This document shows, piece by piece, positions 40,644-50,246 of a stretch of 64,000 nt of DNA. Made by a program: the position numbers and the translations under genes. The stretch spans positions 448,001 to 512,000 of the forward strand of contig JAVVEA010000001.1 of the NCBI GenBank assembly GCA_032250835.1, read 5' to 3'. Below the pieces are notes generated by a model. That model ran no database searches, had not been told where the DNA came from, and saw nothing but the letters and a program-made list of their open reading frames with translations. Within the stretch, counting starts at the first letter, position 1. Each line of letters starts with the position of its first letter. The stretch is from a bacterium (GTDB lineage Bacteria > SAR324 > XYD2-FULL-50-16).

Positions 40644-41468
40644 ATGAAACGACAAATACTTATCCCTCTCGACTCTAGTTCGGTTGGGCGAGACGTGATC
40701 CACCTAGCGGATCAGTGGGGCCAAATGTTTGAAGCCGAATTGATTTTTTTACAAGTCAATCCGGTGCAACGGGGCGAAAGCGACCAGACCCTTTTAGAGT
40801 CGGTTTTAGCGGCTGAAAAAATCACTGCGCCTTACCAAGCCTACGCCGCCTACGGCAATCCGGCCCAGGAAATATTGGAGTTAGAGCGCCGCCTCAATCC
40901 TTGGCTGATCATGATGGCTGCACACAGCCATTCGGTGATGGCCCGCATCCTTTTAGGCAGCAACACCGATTATGTGGTCAACCTCTCAAAGACCAGCGTG
41001 CTGGTCTACAAAAGGTCTCTAGAAGCCTTAAAAGACGTGATCCTGGTGCCCGTCGACTATTCGGAGGTCAACACCAAGACCATCGCCTGGGCTGACGAAC
41101 TGGCCCAAAAGATGGGTTTAAGCCTGATGTTCTTGCATGTCTACAGCCTGCCCGAGTTTGCCCATTATAACATGGAACATGGCTGGCAGTGGGATCAGAT
41201 GGAGATCGAGCGTTTCCGCCAAGAAGAGGAAAGGCGTTTGGAAGGGTACTTAACTGCTAGGGGCATCAAAAGCCCCTACCAGTTTGAATTGGGGCTCGGC
41301 AAACCCTATGAGCAGATCATGCTGCGCCAACAACACCTCAACGCCCGCTTAATCGTCATGGCTTCGCACCAACACAGCCTGATGGAGCGGGTCCTTTTGG
41401 GCAGCAACACCAAGTACTTGCTGCACCAAGCCAACTGTCCGTTGTTGGTCTATAAAGACGCCGAGTAA
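40644..41468 (+). CDS. Tandem universal stress protein
   Basis: Two USP repeats: ILIPLD and ILVPVD, each with LLGSNT. Confidence 0.93.
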   Translation: MKRQILIPLDSSSVGRDVIHLADQWGQMFEAELIFLQVNPVQRGESDQTLLESVLAAEKITAPYQAYAAYGNPAQEILELERRLNPWLIMMAAHSHSVMARILLGSNTDYVVNLSKTSVLVYKRSLEALKDVILVPVDYSEVNTKTIAWADELAQKMGLSLMFLHVYSLPEFAHYNMEHGWQWDQMEIERFRQEEERRLEGYLTARGIKSPYQFELGLGKPYEQIMLRQQHLNARLIVMASHQHSLMERVLLGSNTKYLLHQANCPLLVYKDAE

Positions 41469-41474
41469 ACCAGC

Positions 41475-41500
41475 GCCGGGCCTCTCTTGAGGGGCCCGGC
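41475..41500. terminator. Hairpin between convergent genes
   Basis: GCCGGGCCTCTC / GAGGGGCCCGGC stem. Confidence 0.55.
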
Positions 41501-41510
41501 AGTCGGCTGG

Positions 41511-42128
41511 CTAAAAGACCCAGCGCATCGTATAGGCACCAGAGCCCGTGATACGGACCTCGCTTTTACTGCCATCGTCCCACAGGATGTCCATCCCGCT
41601 GCTGTAGCCGCCAAGTTTAAAACCTAATTCTAGGTTGTCTTTAACCCGCCACATAAACGGAATTTCCACACCGCTCATGCCGCCCGAAGCCGTATAGCTG
41701 TTCGAAACACTATTGCCCAACAGCGATGCGGTCAGGGTGGTGGTCCCCGTGGAAGAGCCGATCAGCAAAGAAGGGGTGATAAAAAAGTCCTTCGACGCTT
41801 CGATGCGGTAGCCCCCACCGATCAAAAAAGCTACTTGGACATATTCCACCTCGGCGGTAACCGTCCAGCCGTCAATCACGACGTATTCTGTTCCCGTCAA
41901 GGCCCAAGAGTTGTATTGGGCTTGAAATACAAAGTTACTGTCAAAAATATATTCATAGGTCGGTAAGTCCAACCGGGCACCTGCCAAAGAGATATCTAAA
42001 TTCGGTTCGTGGTACGTTCCGCCAGCAGAACCTACGGAAAAGCCAAGTTGATGCTCGCCAGCAAAGGCAGGCGACAATCCGCAAATAAAACTAAAAGCAA
42101 AAAAAACTACCGTGATAATTGATTTCAT
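41511..42128 (-). CDS. Outer-membrane beta-barrel protein
   Basis: Signal peptide AFA|GE; amphipathic strands; ends YTMRWVF. Confidence 0.75.
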   Translation of the reverse strand: MKSIITVVFFAFSFICGLSPAFAGEHQLGFSVGSAGGTYHEPNLDISLAGARLDLPTYEYIFDSNFVFQAQYNSWALTGTEYVVIDGWTVTAEVEYVQVAFLIGGGYRIEASKDFFITPSLLIGSSTGTTTLTASLLGNSVSNSYTASGGMSGVEIPFMWRVKDNLELGFKLGGYSSGMDILWDDGSKSEVRITGSGAYTMRWVF

Positions 42129-42357
42129 GAATGGCTCCCAAAGTTATAATAAATGGAGCCATAGCTATAGCGGCCAATTTGGATATAGAAAAGACAGTGC
42201 CCGGTCAAAGTCGGCTAAAATTCTAAAAACCCGCCTCAATCAAATTCTTTTGAGGCCCGGTCAACGGGGATTTAAGCTCAGTGGCTTCCACCCAAAAAGT
42301 TGGACCCCGGCCCGCCGGGCGGCACTCAAATTTTCGCGCCAATTGATCTATAGTGCC

Positions 42358-43728
42358 TCAGAAATAGACGCCCTTGAGCCGGGGGCCGGGGTCCAACTCG
42401 CCGCTGGTGACGTAACGCGCCACCGCCTGAGCCCCGCGGGTCATGTCGTTGATGCCGATACCGTCCCAACCGAAGCCAAAAACCGCCAATCCGGGATACT
42501 GGCGCATCAAATCGGCCCGCCAAGCCAGCCGAGCCGGGTGTCCTAATTCAGGCTGAGGGATGCCCTGGGGTGGCCGCAACAAATGGGCAAAACGGGGGGG
42601 CTCCGGTAGCGGCAACAATTCGGCCAAGTCTTTCAGCGCTAAATCGATGATCTCAGAGTCTTTTAAGCCCAAACGCTCTGGGTAAAGCCTTCCACCCACT
42701 AGGCACTCCAGTAAAACCCCGCCAGCCGGGCACCGCCCGGCGAACATATGGCTCGAATAGAGACAACCTAGGGCAAAACGCTTTTCCTCGCGCGGCGCTA
42801 GGTAACCAAAGCCAAAAGGCACCTGAGTCGGCGGGTCGAAGGCCAGGACTAAATTGGCAATCTGCGCTTCCACCGGTGCCGGGCCCGGCGGTTCAGACAG
42901 CGTCGCCAACAAGGGCCAAGCTCGACTAGCGGGCAACGCCACCAATAGCTGGCTCGCCTGAACCTCCAAATCAGCGGTCCGGGCGACCCAGAAGTCGCCT
43001 TCTTTGGTGATTTGGGTGACCTCTTGCCCATATAAAATGGGCTGGCCTTCGGCGAGCTTTTGGGGCAAGCGCTCCATCCCCGCTTTAAAGCTGATCATCT
43101 CCGGCAGGCGGCGCGGTTGTCCTTTGCGGTCCTTGGCACGAGCCTTTAAGGCCCGGATCACAGAACCCGAGGCCAGCTCCATTTGCCTCAACCGGGGCAT
43201 GGCGGCATCTATCGAGAGGCGCTCCATATCACCGCCATAGGTTCCGGTAACGGCGGCGTCCACAAAGGGGGCCAGGGCCGGACCAAAACGGCGGCGGGCC
43301 CAGTCAGCAATACTTTGATCTTCAGTTAGCGGCGCGGTCCACAGATCCCCCAAAACCCGCAATTTGGCACTGAGCGGCAAGATCGGGCTGGCTAGAATCT
43401 TCGGCGGGCTTTGGGGGATCACCTGCAAGCGGCCCTGGCGACAGATGAAGCGCACAAAATCTTTTAAGGGTGCCCGGGTCACTTCGCCCGCCAAACCCAA
43501 CTGTTCGATCAACAAAAGGCTTTCGGGCCCGTTGTCCAAAAAACCATGAGCCCCCCATTCAGCCTGGATGCCCGCCTCTTTAAAGGTCCTTATAGCACCG
43601 CCGGGCCGCTGGGTTTTCTCTAAAATCAAGCGCTCTTTTTGCGGCACCATCTGGCCCAAAAAGTGCGAAGCTGCCAGGCCGCTAAGGCCCGCGCCCAGTA
43701 TTAAGATGTCCGTTTGTTTTTTTTGCAT
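42358..43728 (-). CDS. hemY: FAD-dependent protoporphyrinogen/coproporphyrinogen oxidase (HemY type)
   Basis: GAGLSGL, RPGGAIRT, EWGAHGF, GFGYL, GIPQ, GIGIND; start moved to ATG 43728. Confidence 0.9.
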   Translation of the reverse strand: MQKKQTDILILGAGLSGLAASHFLGQMVPQKERLILEKTQRPGGAIRTFKEAGIQAEWGAHGFLDNGPESLLLIEQLGLAGEVTRAPLKDFVRFICRQGRLQVIPQSPPKILASPILPLSAKLRVLGDLWTAPLTEDQSIADWARRRFGPALAPFVDAAVTGTYGGDMERLSIDAAMPRLRQMELASGSVIRALKARAKDRKGQPRRLPEMISFKAGMERLPQKLAEGQPILYGQEVTQITKEGDFWVARTADLEVQASQLLVALPASRAWPLLATLSEPPGPAPVEAQIANLVLAFDPPTQVPFGFGYLAPREEKRFALGCLYSSHMFAGRCPAGGVLLECLVGGRLYPERLGLKDSEIIDLALKDLAELLPLPEPPRFAHLLRPPQGIPQPELGHPARLAWRADLMRQYPGLAVFGFGWDGIGINDMTRGAQAVARYVTSGELDPGPRLKGVYF

Positions 43729-43951
43729 GGACCCAACATAACCCGAAGCAGGATTGAAGAAAAGAACCAATCCAAAGGCCCTTTGGGAATCAATCCATTA
43801 TTGGGCAAACTTTTTACCCTTGGAAGGTCTGGTAAAATCGTAGTAATCTATACATGGGCGTTGATCAAATCAGCGTACCTCCTATCGTCTTTGTCCCGTT
43901 TCCAACTGGGTCTCACGCTTTAGGGGCCCTCCAGCAACCTGGGGGTCAAAA

Positions 43952-45874
43952 ATGTTAACACGCATCAAATACAAGATCCTGGGCCTCTTCATGGCCATCT
44001 TCCTGCTCAGTGCTCTGGTCACGTTAACCCAACAATATACCCGTATTGTGGCCGAAGTGGACCAACAAACGGACCGCGTCCTTGGGCTGTTTGAGAGTTC
44101 TTTGGGGGATTCGCTTGAAGCCTTATCAAACCAAATGACTTTGGGGGTCGAACAAATGCTGGAGAATCAAAGCGTGACTCAGGCATTTGCGGAGGGAGAC
44201 CGAACTCAGCTTTCTAGCTTAACTTTGGACTTTTTCGAAAAACGCCTCAAACCGCAATTCGGCGTCCGTCAACTCCAATTCCACACCCCCAAGGGCTTAA
44301 GTTTCTTTCGGGCTCATGCACCCAAAAAGTTCGGCGACGACCTCACCAGTTTCCGCAGCACCGTGGTCGCCGCCAACCGAGACCAAAAGCCGCAAATTGG
44401 TATGGAGGTAGGACGCGGTGGATTGGGGATGCGGGTGGTTTATCCCGTATTTTTCCAGGGGCAACACCTGGGCAGTGTCGAATACGGCGGCAGCATCCAA
44501 AAGGCCCTGGACCTGGCCCGCTCACAATCGGGAGCCAGTTATGCCATTGGTATCTATGCCCAGGTCTTTAAAAATGCCCGTCGATTTGAAAACAAAAAGA
44601 CCGACGTAATATTTAAAGATTTGGTCTTTTATCAAAGTGAAAACGAAGCCACCCACCGGATACTGCCCCACCTCCTCCCCGCCTCACCAGGTAAACTAGA
44701 GGTAGAAGGTCGGAACTTCAGCACCCGCTTCATAACTCTCAAAGACTATTCAGGCCAAGAGATCGGTCGTTTGCTGGTGCTTTTCGATCAGACCGAATTA
44801 CTCGCCCAATCTCAGGCGAATTTAAAGCAACAAGCAATCATCATTGGCTTCATTCTACTGTTAGGCCTCGGGCTGATGGTCTGGTTCGGGATCGCCATCA
44901 CCCGAAGCCTCTCTAACCCATTACAACGCTCTTTCGGTCAGATGGGCTCAGGGGCCGAGCGGATTGATTTAGCCTCTGGTGAAGTCCATCTGAGCGCTGA
45001 TTCACTCTCAAACTCAGCCAGCTCACAGGCAGCCAGCCTGCAAGAGGCTTCGAGCAGCATCGAACAGATCGACCAGCAAGCCAACCAAAACGCGCAAAAT
45101 GCGCAAGCCGCCGAATCCGCCATGAGAGAGGTGTTAGAAATCACCCAAACAACCGGGCAAAGCAGCATGCGTGTAGCAGAGCTTGCCCGGCAATCCACCG
45201 AACAGTCCAAAGGTGCCGATACCACCATGGGCCAATTGGTCCAAGCCATGACCGAAATCGCCGAGAGCAGCCAGCAGGTGGCGGATATGATCGAATTGAT
45301 CAACGAAATCACCCGGGAAACCAAAATGCTGGCCACCAATGCTGCGATTGAGGCCGCCCGTGCGGGGGAACTGGGCAAAGGGTTTGCGGTAGTTGCCGAT
45401 GAAGTTGGGCATCTGGCCGAAAACTCCAAGTCCGCCGCCAAGGAGATCGCGCACTTAATCCAAGACAGCTCCCAAAAGGTCCAGCGGGGCAATCAGCTAG
45501 CCAGCGAAGCCAGCCAAAGCCTCAAGAAAATCTCACGGAGCGTGGAAGAGGTGTCTAGCTTGATTGAGGTGATTAGCCAATCCAACGCCACCCAGGAAGA
45601 AAAAATCAACGCCATGAGCAACCAAATCAGCTCTATCTCAAGAAGTTCTGGAGAACAGGCCGAGGGGGTCGGGCAGATCAGGCAACTGGTGGTGGGCTTA
45701 GATCACCTCACCCAGCAAAACTCAGCCCAAGCCGAAGAGTTATCCTCTGCTTCGGGTTCCTTGAAGAATGAGGCCGATGATCTAAAACAGAAAATCACCA
45801 ACATCTCCGTTGCCCTGGGACTCAAATCAAGTCTTGGCCAAGAGAGCGAAAGCCTGCCCTTGTTACCGGGCTAG
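43952..45874 (+). CDS. Methyl-accepting chemotaxis protein with a periplasmic dCache-type sensor
   Basis: Two TM helices; QFH..SFFRAH.P.KFGDDL..FR sensor; NAAIEAARAGELGKGFAVVADEV. Confidence 0.93.
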   Translation: MLTRIKYKILGLFMAIFLLSALVTLTQQYTRIVAEVDQQTDRVLGLFESSLGDSLEALSNQMTLGVEQMLENQSVTQAFAEGDRTQLSSLTLDFFEKRLKPQFGVRQLQFHTPKGLSFFRAHAPKKFGDDLTSFRSTVVAANRDQKPQIGMEVGRGGLGMRVVYPVFFQGQHLGSVEYGGSIQKALDLARSQSGASYAIGIYAQVFKNARRFENKKTDVIFKDLVFYQSENEATHRILPHLLPASPGKLEVEGRNFSTRFITLKDYSGQEIGRLLVLFDQTELLAQSQANLKQQAIIIGFILLLGLGLMVWFGIAITRSLSNPLQRSFGQMGSGAERIDLASGEVHLSADSLSNSASSQAASLQEASSSIEQIDQQANQNAQNAQAAESAMREVLEITQTTGQSSMRVAELARQSTEQSKGADTTMGQLVQAMTEIAESSQQVADMIELINEITRETKMLATNAAIEAARAGELGKGFAVVADEVGHLAENSKSAAKEIAHLIQDSSQKVQRGNQLASEASQSLKKISRSVEEVSSLIEVISQSNATQEEKINAMSNQISSISRSSGEQAEGVGQIRQLVVGLDHLTQQNSAQAEELSSASGSLKNEADDLKQKITNISVALGLKSSLGQESESLPLLPG

Positions 45875-45940
45875 ATTGGCCACTAGTTTACATCTCTTGG
45901 GGGTTATTGGGGGTAAGCTAAAAGAAAAAATGGAGGAACT

Positions 45941-46069
45941 ATGGAAACCTTAAGCGCCTTTGCTTGGTTGGTCTTCTACCTAGGAGTCATCGGGGTCGGT
46001 ATCTCGATGTTGCTGTCCTTTATTTTTGTCGTCTCCGTTGGCTATTGGCAGGAGCACCACCCTTCTTAA
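45941..46069 (+). CDS. Small 42-aa membrane protein, absent from the ORF track
   Basis: GGAGGA RBS; METLSAFAWLVFYLGVIGVGISMLLSFIFVVSVGYWQEHHPS followed by TAA. Confidence 0.6.
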   Translation: METLSAFAWLVFYLGVIGVGISMLLSFIFVVSVGYWQEHHPS

Positions 46070-46280
46070 ATCCCCCTTGGGGGCTTGCCCTGTTTTTATC
46101 GGTGGGTTATTATGTAGCCAACCTCTTCAAAAGGAGTTTTATGTTGAATCAAGCTGTGGAGCTTGCGTCGTAGAGAACCCTCGGCTCTTTAAACCAGCCC
46201 TGGATTCTCGCCTTTGATCCTATTCCCGCCTTGGGCGCTTGACGTCCGGGGATCATTGCGACCTTGATCAGCTTAAAGAC

Positions 46281-47369
46281 ATGAAACCTTCAAAATCCCA
46301 GCAGGCCTTGGGCCTGACCGCTTTTTTCCTCGACCAATCTAAAAATCCGTCCCTGCTGGCCCGCGTGGCTGGAGGTGCCCATGGCCTTTATCGGCTTTGG
46401 CGGCCCGAGGGACCCGAGTCGCTCACCCGACTGACCGGGAAATTGGCCCAGAGCGGCCAATTCCCTCAGGTCGGTGACTTTGTGGAGACCGACGGTCCGG
46501 ACGGCCCTATCACCGAAATTTTAACCCGCAAAAACCAACTGGCCCGCTGGACCGGTGTAGAACGCAAGGCCCAAGACGGAACCGGTCAATTGCAGGTTTT
46601 AGCAGCGAACTTGGACCTAGCCTTGATCGTCGCCGCCTTTGGTGAAGAATTAAACCTAAGACGGATCGAGCGGTATTTGCTGCTTTGTTTTGAACAAAAA
46701 ATCCAGCCCGTGGTGTTACTCAATAAAGCCGACTTAGCCGAAGACCCCCAAGCGGGGGTGGCCGAGGTAGCCGCGCTTTCGCCGGGTTTGCCGGTATTTG
46801 CGGTGAGCGCCTTACTGGGGCGCGGTTTGGAGCCCTTAGAATTATACTTAGAACCGGGCAAAACCTGGGTCCTATTGGGTTCTTCTGGGGTCGGCAAGTC
46901 CACGCTGGCCAACTTTCTTCTGGGCCAAGCCTCCCAAGAAACCGGCGGGGTGCGCGAAGAGGACCAAAAGGGCCGACACACCACCACTTCGCGCAACCTA
47001 CTCAAGCTGCCCAATGGGGCCCTTTTGATCGACCAACCAGGCATCCGCGAGCTATTGCCCCAGTCCGGCGAACGGGGTTTAGAGGCGACCTTTTCGGAGG
47101 TCGAAGCGTTGGTTCGGGCCTGCGGGTTTAGCGACTGTAGCCACCAGAACGAACCGGGCTGCCAAGTGCAAGCGGCCCTAGAAAACGGAACGCTCGCGCC
47201 GGAACGCTGGAATAACTTCGTTAAACTGCAAGCGGAACTAAGGCACCAATCGAGCCGCCAGGATAAGGCCAGCGAATCAGCCGAAAGGCAGCGGCAAAAA
47301 AAGCTGCACTCGGGCTACCGCCAGATTCTCCGGGGCAAGCAGCGCCGCCAGCAGGACGGTTGGGATTAA
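46281..47369 (+). CDS. rsgA: Ribosome small subunit-dependent GTPase A
   Basis: VGDFV, NKAD, GSSGVGKS, GRHTT, IDQPG, C.FSDC.H..EPGC zinc finger. Confidence 0.95.
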   Translation: MKPSKSQQALGLTAFFLDQSKNPSLLARVAGGAHGLYRLWRPEGPESLTRLTGKLAQSGQFPQVGDFVETDGPDGPITEILTRKNQLARWTGVERKAQDGTGQLQVLAANLDLALIVAAFGEELNLRRIERYLLLCFEQKIQPVVLLNKADLAEDPQAGVAEVAALSPGLPVFAVSALLGRGLEPLELYLEPGKTWVLLGSSGVGKSTLANFLLGQASQETGGVREEDQKGRHTTTSRNLLKLPNGALLIDQPGIRELLPQSGERGLEATFSEVEALVRACGFSDCSHQNEPGCQVQAALENGTLAPERWNNFVKLQAELRHQSSRQDKASESAERQRQKKLHSGYRQILRGKQRRQQDGWD

Positions 47370-47432
47370 CGCCCAGGGGGATTGCCCCGAACCCCTGGGG
47401 GTGTTAGAACCAAAACATACCCCAGAGGTGCC

Positions 47433-48248
47433 TTGATCGGATTTAACATCAGCCGCGACAAACTACTCCAAATGCCGCCCCCGCGCCGCCACAAATGGCT
47501 AGCTCGTTGGTTCGCGGAGCTGTACGTCCAGTTGACGGCCCTTCAGGCCCAACCGGTCACCCCCCAAGCCTTGGCTCTTTTGGCCCAAGACTATCGCCGC
47601 GCCCTGGGCTGGATGGACTGCCCCGCTCCCCCAACCCCTCAAGGGCCCTTGCGGGCCTGGCAGGAATGGGCCAGCGACCGCTTCCACCACCACCAACAAG
47701 AAACAGGCTTGGGCCTAGGCGAAGAGGGTTATTTGGTCCCCCAAGGCGACCTAGAATCAAACGAGCCCTGGCAGCCGCGCTTTGATTATTGGGTGGCCGC
47801 CGAAAAAATCCGCAGCGCCTTTAATTTAGGCTCTTTGATCCGCAGTGCTGAGGCGCTGGGCTTGGCGGGTCTGTTGATCGGGCCCGACTGTCCGCCGGTG
47901 AGCCACAACCAAGTCCGCAAGACCGCCATGGGGGCCGAAGCCTGGTTCCCCTGCTTGCAGCCCCCAGACTTTTGGGACCATGTCGAGAGCCTGTCGGCCC
48001 AGGGTTATGCCTTGATCGGGGTCGAGCGTACCGCCGCTTCTTTAGACTACCGCCAATATCCCTGGCCGAACCGTGCGGTTTTGCTCTTGGGTAACGAGGA
48101 GTTTGGCCTCAGCCAAAGGGCTTTAAGCGCCGTGGTCGGGCAGGTGCATTTACCCATGCGGGGGCGCAAGAATTCGGTCAATGTGGCTTCGGCCTTCGCG
48201 GCTTTAGGGTTCCATTTAACCTCGGCATTGGAGGCGCGTCATGCTTAG
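47433..48248 (+). CDS. TrmH/SpoU-family RNA 2'-O-methyltransferase with an N-terminal extension
   Basis: NLGSLIRSA, KTAMGA, LGNEEFG, LPMRGRKNSVNV; start uncertain (47382 or 47433). Confidence 0.88.
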   Translation: MIGFNISRDKLLQMPPPRRHKWLARWFAELYVQLTALQAQPVTPQALALLAQDYRRALGWMDCPAPPTPQGPLRAWQEWASDRFHHHQQETGLGLGEEGYLVPQGDLESNEPWQPRFDYWVAAEKIRSAFNLGSLIRSAEALGLAGLLIGPDCPPVSHNQVRKTAMGAEAWFPCLQPPDFWDHVESLSAQGYALIGVERTAASLDYRQYPWPNRAVLLLGNEEFGLSQRALSAVVGQVHLPMRGRKNSVNVASAFAALGFHLTSALEARHA

Positions 48249-49437
48249 CGGCCCGTTATTGATGGTGACCTTCCGCAAAGAGCGGGCCAGTCCTAAATTC
48301 CTTAAGGGCGAGCCCGAACAATTGAGCTTGGCCGAAGGCCTGCTCAGCGCTATGGAAACGCTACACGGAGAAAGCCGCGAGACCGCCGAGGAGGTCTTAA
48401 AGGAAGCCCAAGAGGGCAACCCCAAGGTGATCGAAGGGATGATCAAAATCCTCTTGGAGCGTGCCAAATTCCGGGCGCCGGAAACCGATGACCCGGCTTT
48501 ACTGCGTTCTCAGGTCTTTGACGCCGCTGCGGACTATTGGTCCCACCGCGCCGAGCACCACGAGCAACTAGAAACCCACCGCGAACGGATCTTGGGCCCC
48601 TTGGGCTTAAACCAGCCCGAGCGCCTGGAAAACCCCTTGGTTTGGCTCTTTTCGGACCTATCGTCCAATCAAGAACTAGAGTCCTTTGAGCCCATGACCC
48701 CGGCTCAACTGATCGACCGCTACAACCTGGAACAGGCCCAAGGGTTGATGTTAAAAGCCACATCCTTGCAATTGAGCATCCGCTCCAAGCAATCGCTGCA
48801 ACCCTTGATGCAGATGTTGAAGTTTTTTGGCCTACTCTTTCGGGTCGAGCAGAACCGCCCCAGCGTGACCAGTCTGGTGGTCGACGGGCCCACTTCGGTA
48901 CTCGAAAACGCACGGAGTTATGGCCTAGAACTGGCCAACTTTTTTGGGGCCGTGGTTAGCCTGGCGGGGCCCTGGGAACTAAAAGCCGAGATCCGCCTGC
49001 CAGACAAGAAGGGCCCCTTTTATTTTATGGTCGAGCACAATTCGGGCTACCGGGTTCCTCGGCGGATTATGGGTCAATGGTCCCACGAAAAAATCTTGGC
49101 CCTAGAAAAACGCTTCAACGAGCAATACGATCCGGGGTATCATGCAGAAACCTTGACCGAAGTGGTTGGCTTGGCCAACAACCGCTACCTCTTGCCGGAC
49201 CTGAAAATCACCCAGGGCAAAAAGCAGCTGCGGTTGCAATGGATTCGCTACCTTAACCCCGAAAGGGAAGCTTGGTTACGTAGCCTAAAGGCCGATTTAC
49301 CCAAAGACTATTATTTTGTGGTTAAAGGCAAGCCCGCCCAGCTCAAGTCCTTGGTGCAGGCTATGGACGGTCGGTTGGCCCTGGTGGCCACGGAAATCAC
49401 CGCCCCCTTTCTCAAACGACTCATCGAGCAAGCATGA
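48241..49437 (+). CDS. DUF790 (Bax1-like) family protein
   Basis: LFSDL, LIDRYNL..AQGL, LKFFGL, VDGP.S...YG..LA.F, W.L.A.I. Confidence 0.8.
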   Translation: MLSGPLLMVTFRKERASPKFLKGEPEQLSLAEGLLSAMETLHGESRETAEEVLKEAQEGNPKVIEGMIKILLERAKFRAPETDDPALLRSQVFDAAADYWSHRAEHHEQLETHRERILGPLGLNQPERLENPLVWLFSDLSSNQELESFEPMTPAQLIDRYNLEQAQGLMLKATSLQLSIRSKQSLQPLMQMLKFFGLLFRVEQNRPSVTSLVVDGPTSVLENARSYGLELANFFGAVVSLAGPWELKAEIRLPDKKGPFYFMVEHNSGYRVPRRIMGQWSHEKILALEKRFNEQYDPGYHAETLTEVVGLANNRYLLPDLKITQGKKQLRLQWIRYLNPEREAWLRSLKADLPKDYYFVVKGKPAQLKSLVQAMDGRLALVATEITAPFLKRLIEQA

Positions 49438-50246
49438 TCCAGCGCGACGGGCATTTTCATACCCAATTCTGCCGCCATGGCAAAAGGCAGCCTACCGAGG
49501 CCATGCTGGAACGGGCAGTGGAGTTGGGTTTTCAAAGGGTCAGCCTGACCGAACATGCACCGCTGCCCGAAGGGGCGGTGGCCGATGCCCGGTTACTCGA
49601 CGAACTGGCTCTGCGCCCCGACGAATTAGAGCCTTATTTGGAGCATTGCCGCCAAATGAAGGCGCAGTTTAAGGGGCGTTTGGAGGTTTTGGTAGGTTTG
49701 GAGTTGGATTTTGTGCCCGGCTTTGAGCAAGCGACGGTCGATTTGGTGACCCAATGGGGTGAACAGCTTGAAGACAGCCTGCTTTCGTTGCATTTTCTAC
49801 CGGGCTCCGGCGCGCCCAAAATGCTCGATTTTAGCCCCGAAGACTTCACTCAGGGTTTGCTTAAGGACTACGGTACCCTAGAGTCGGTACACGCTGCTTA
49901 TTGGGAATGGCTCACCGCCAGCGCCCGGTGGGGTTTTAAGTCCCACCGGCCCAAGAGAATCGGCCACCCCGGCTTGATCTATAAATTCACCAAGGTCTTA
50001 GGCGGCCCCGAAGAACCCAGTCCAGCCCAGGCCGAGGCCTTTTTAGACGCCGTCCAAGCCCAGGGATACCAGCTGGACCACAACCATTCGGGCTACAGCC
50101 GCGCCACTTGTGGTCGGGCCTATTTACCGAAAAATATGGAGAACATGGCTTTGCAGCGTGGCTTGGAATTGGTATATGGATCAGACGCCCACGGGATTGA
50201 TTCGGTGGGCGGTTTTTACCAGCTCTTTCCCCCAGAGGCGCGGTGA
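49434..50246 (+). CDS. hisK: PHP-family histidinol-phosphatase (HisK/HisJ)
   Basis: DGHFHT.FC.HG, TEHAP, GLELDF, SLHF, IGH, GSDAH. Confidence 0.88.
   Translation: MIQRDGHFHTQFCRHGKRQPTEAMLERAVELGFQRVSLTEHAPLPEGAVADARLLDELALRPDELEPYLEHCRQMKAQFKGRLEVLVGLELDFVPGFEQATVDLVTQWGEQLEDSLLSLHFLPGSGAPKMLDFSPEDFTQGLLKDYGTLESVHAAYWEWLTASARWGFKSHRPKRIGHPGLIYKFTKVLGGPEEPSPAQAEAFLDAVQAQGYQLDHNHSGYSRATCGRAYLPKNMENMALQRGLELVYGSDAHGIDSVGGFYQLFPPEAR

Noticed and set aside
45964-46173. 69-aa ORF in the track
   Set aside because: It has a TTG start with no RBS; the 42-aa ORF at 45941 has much better initiation signals.
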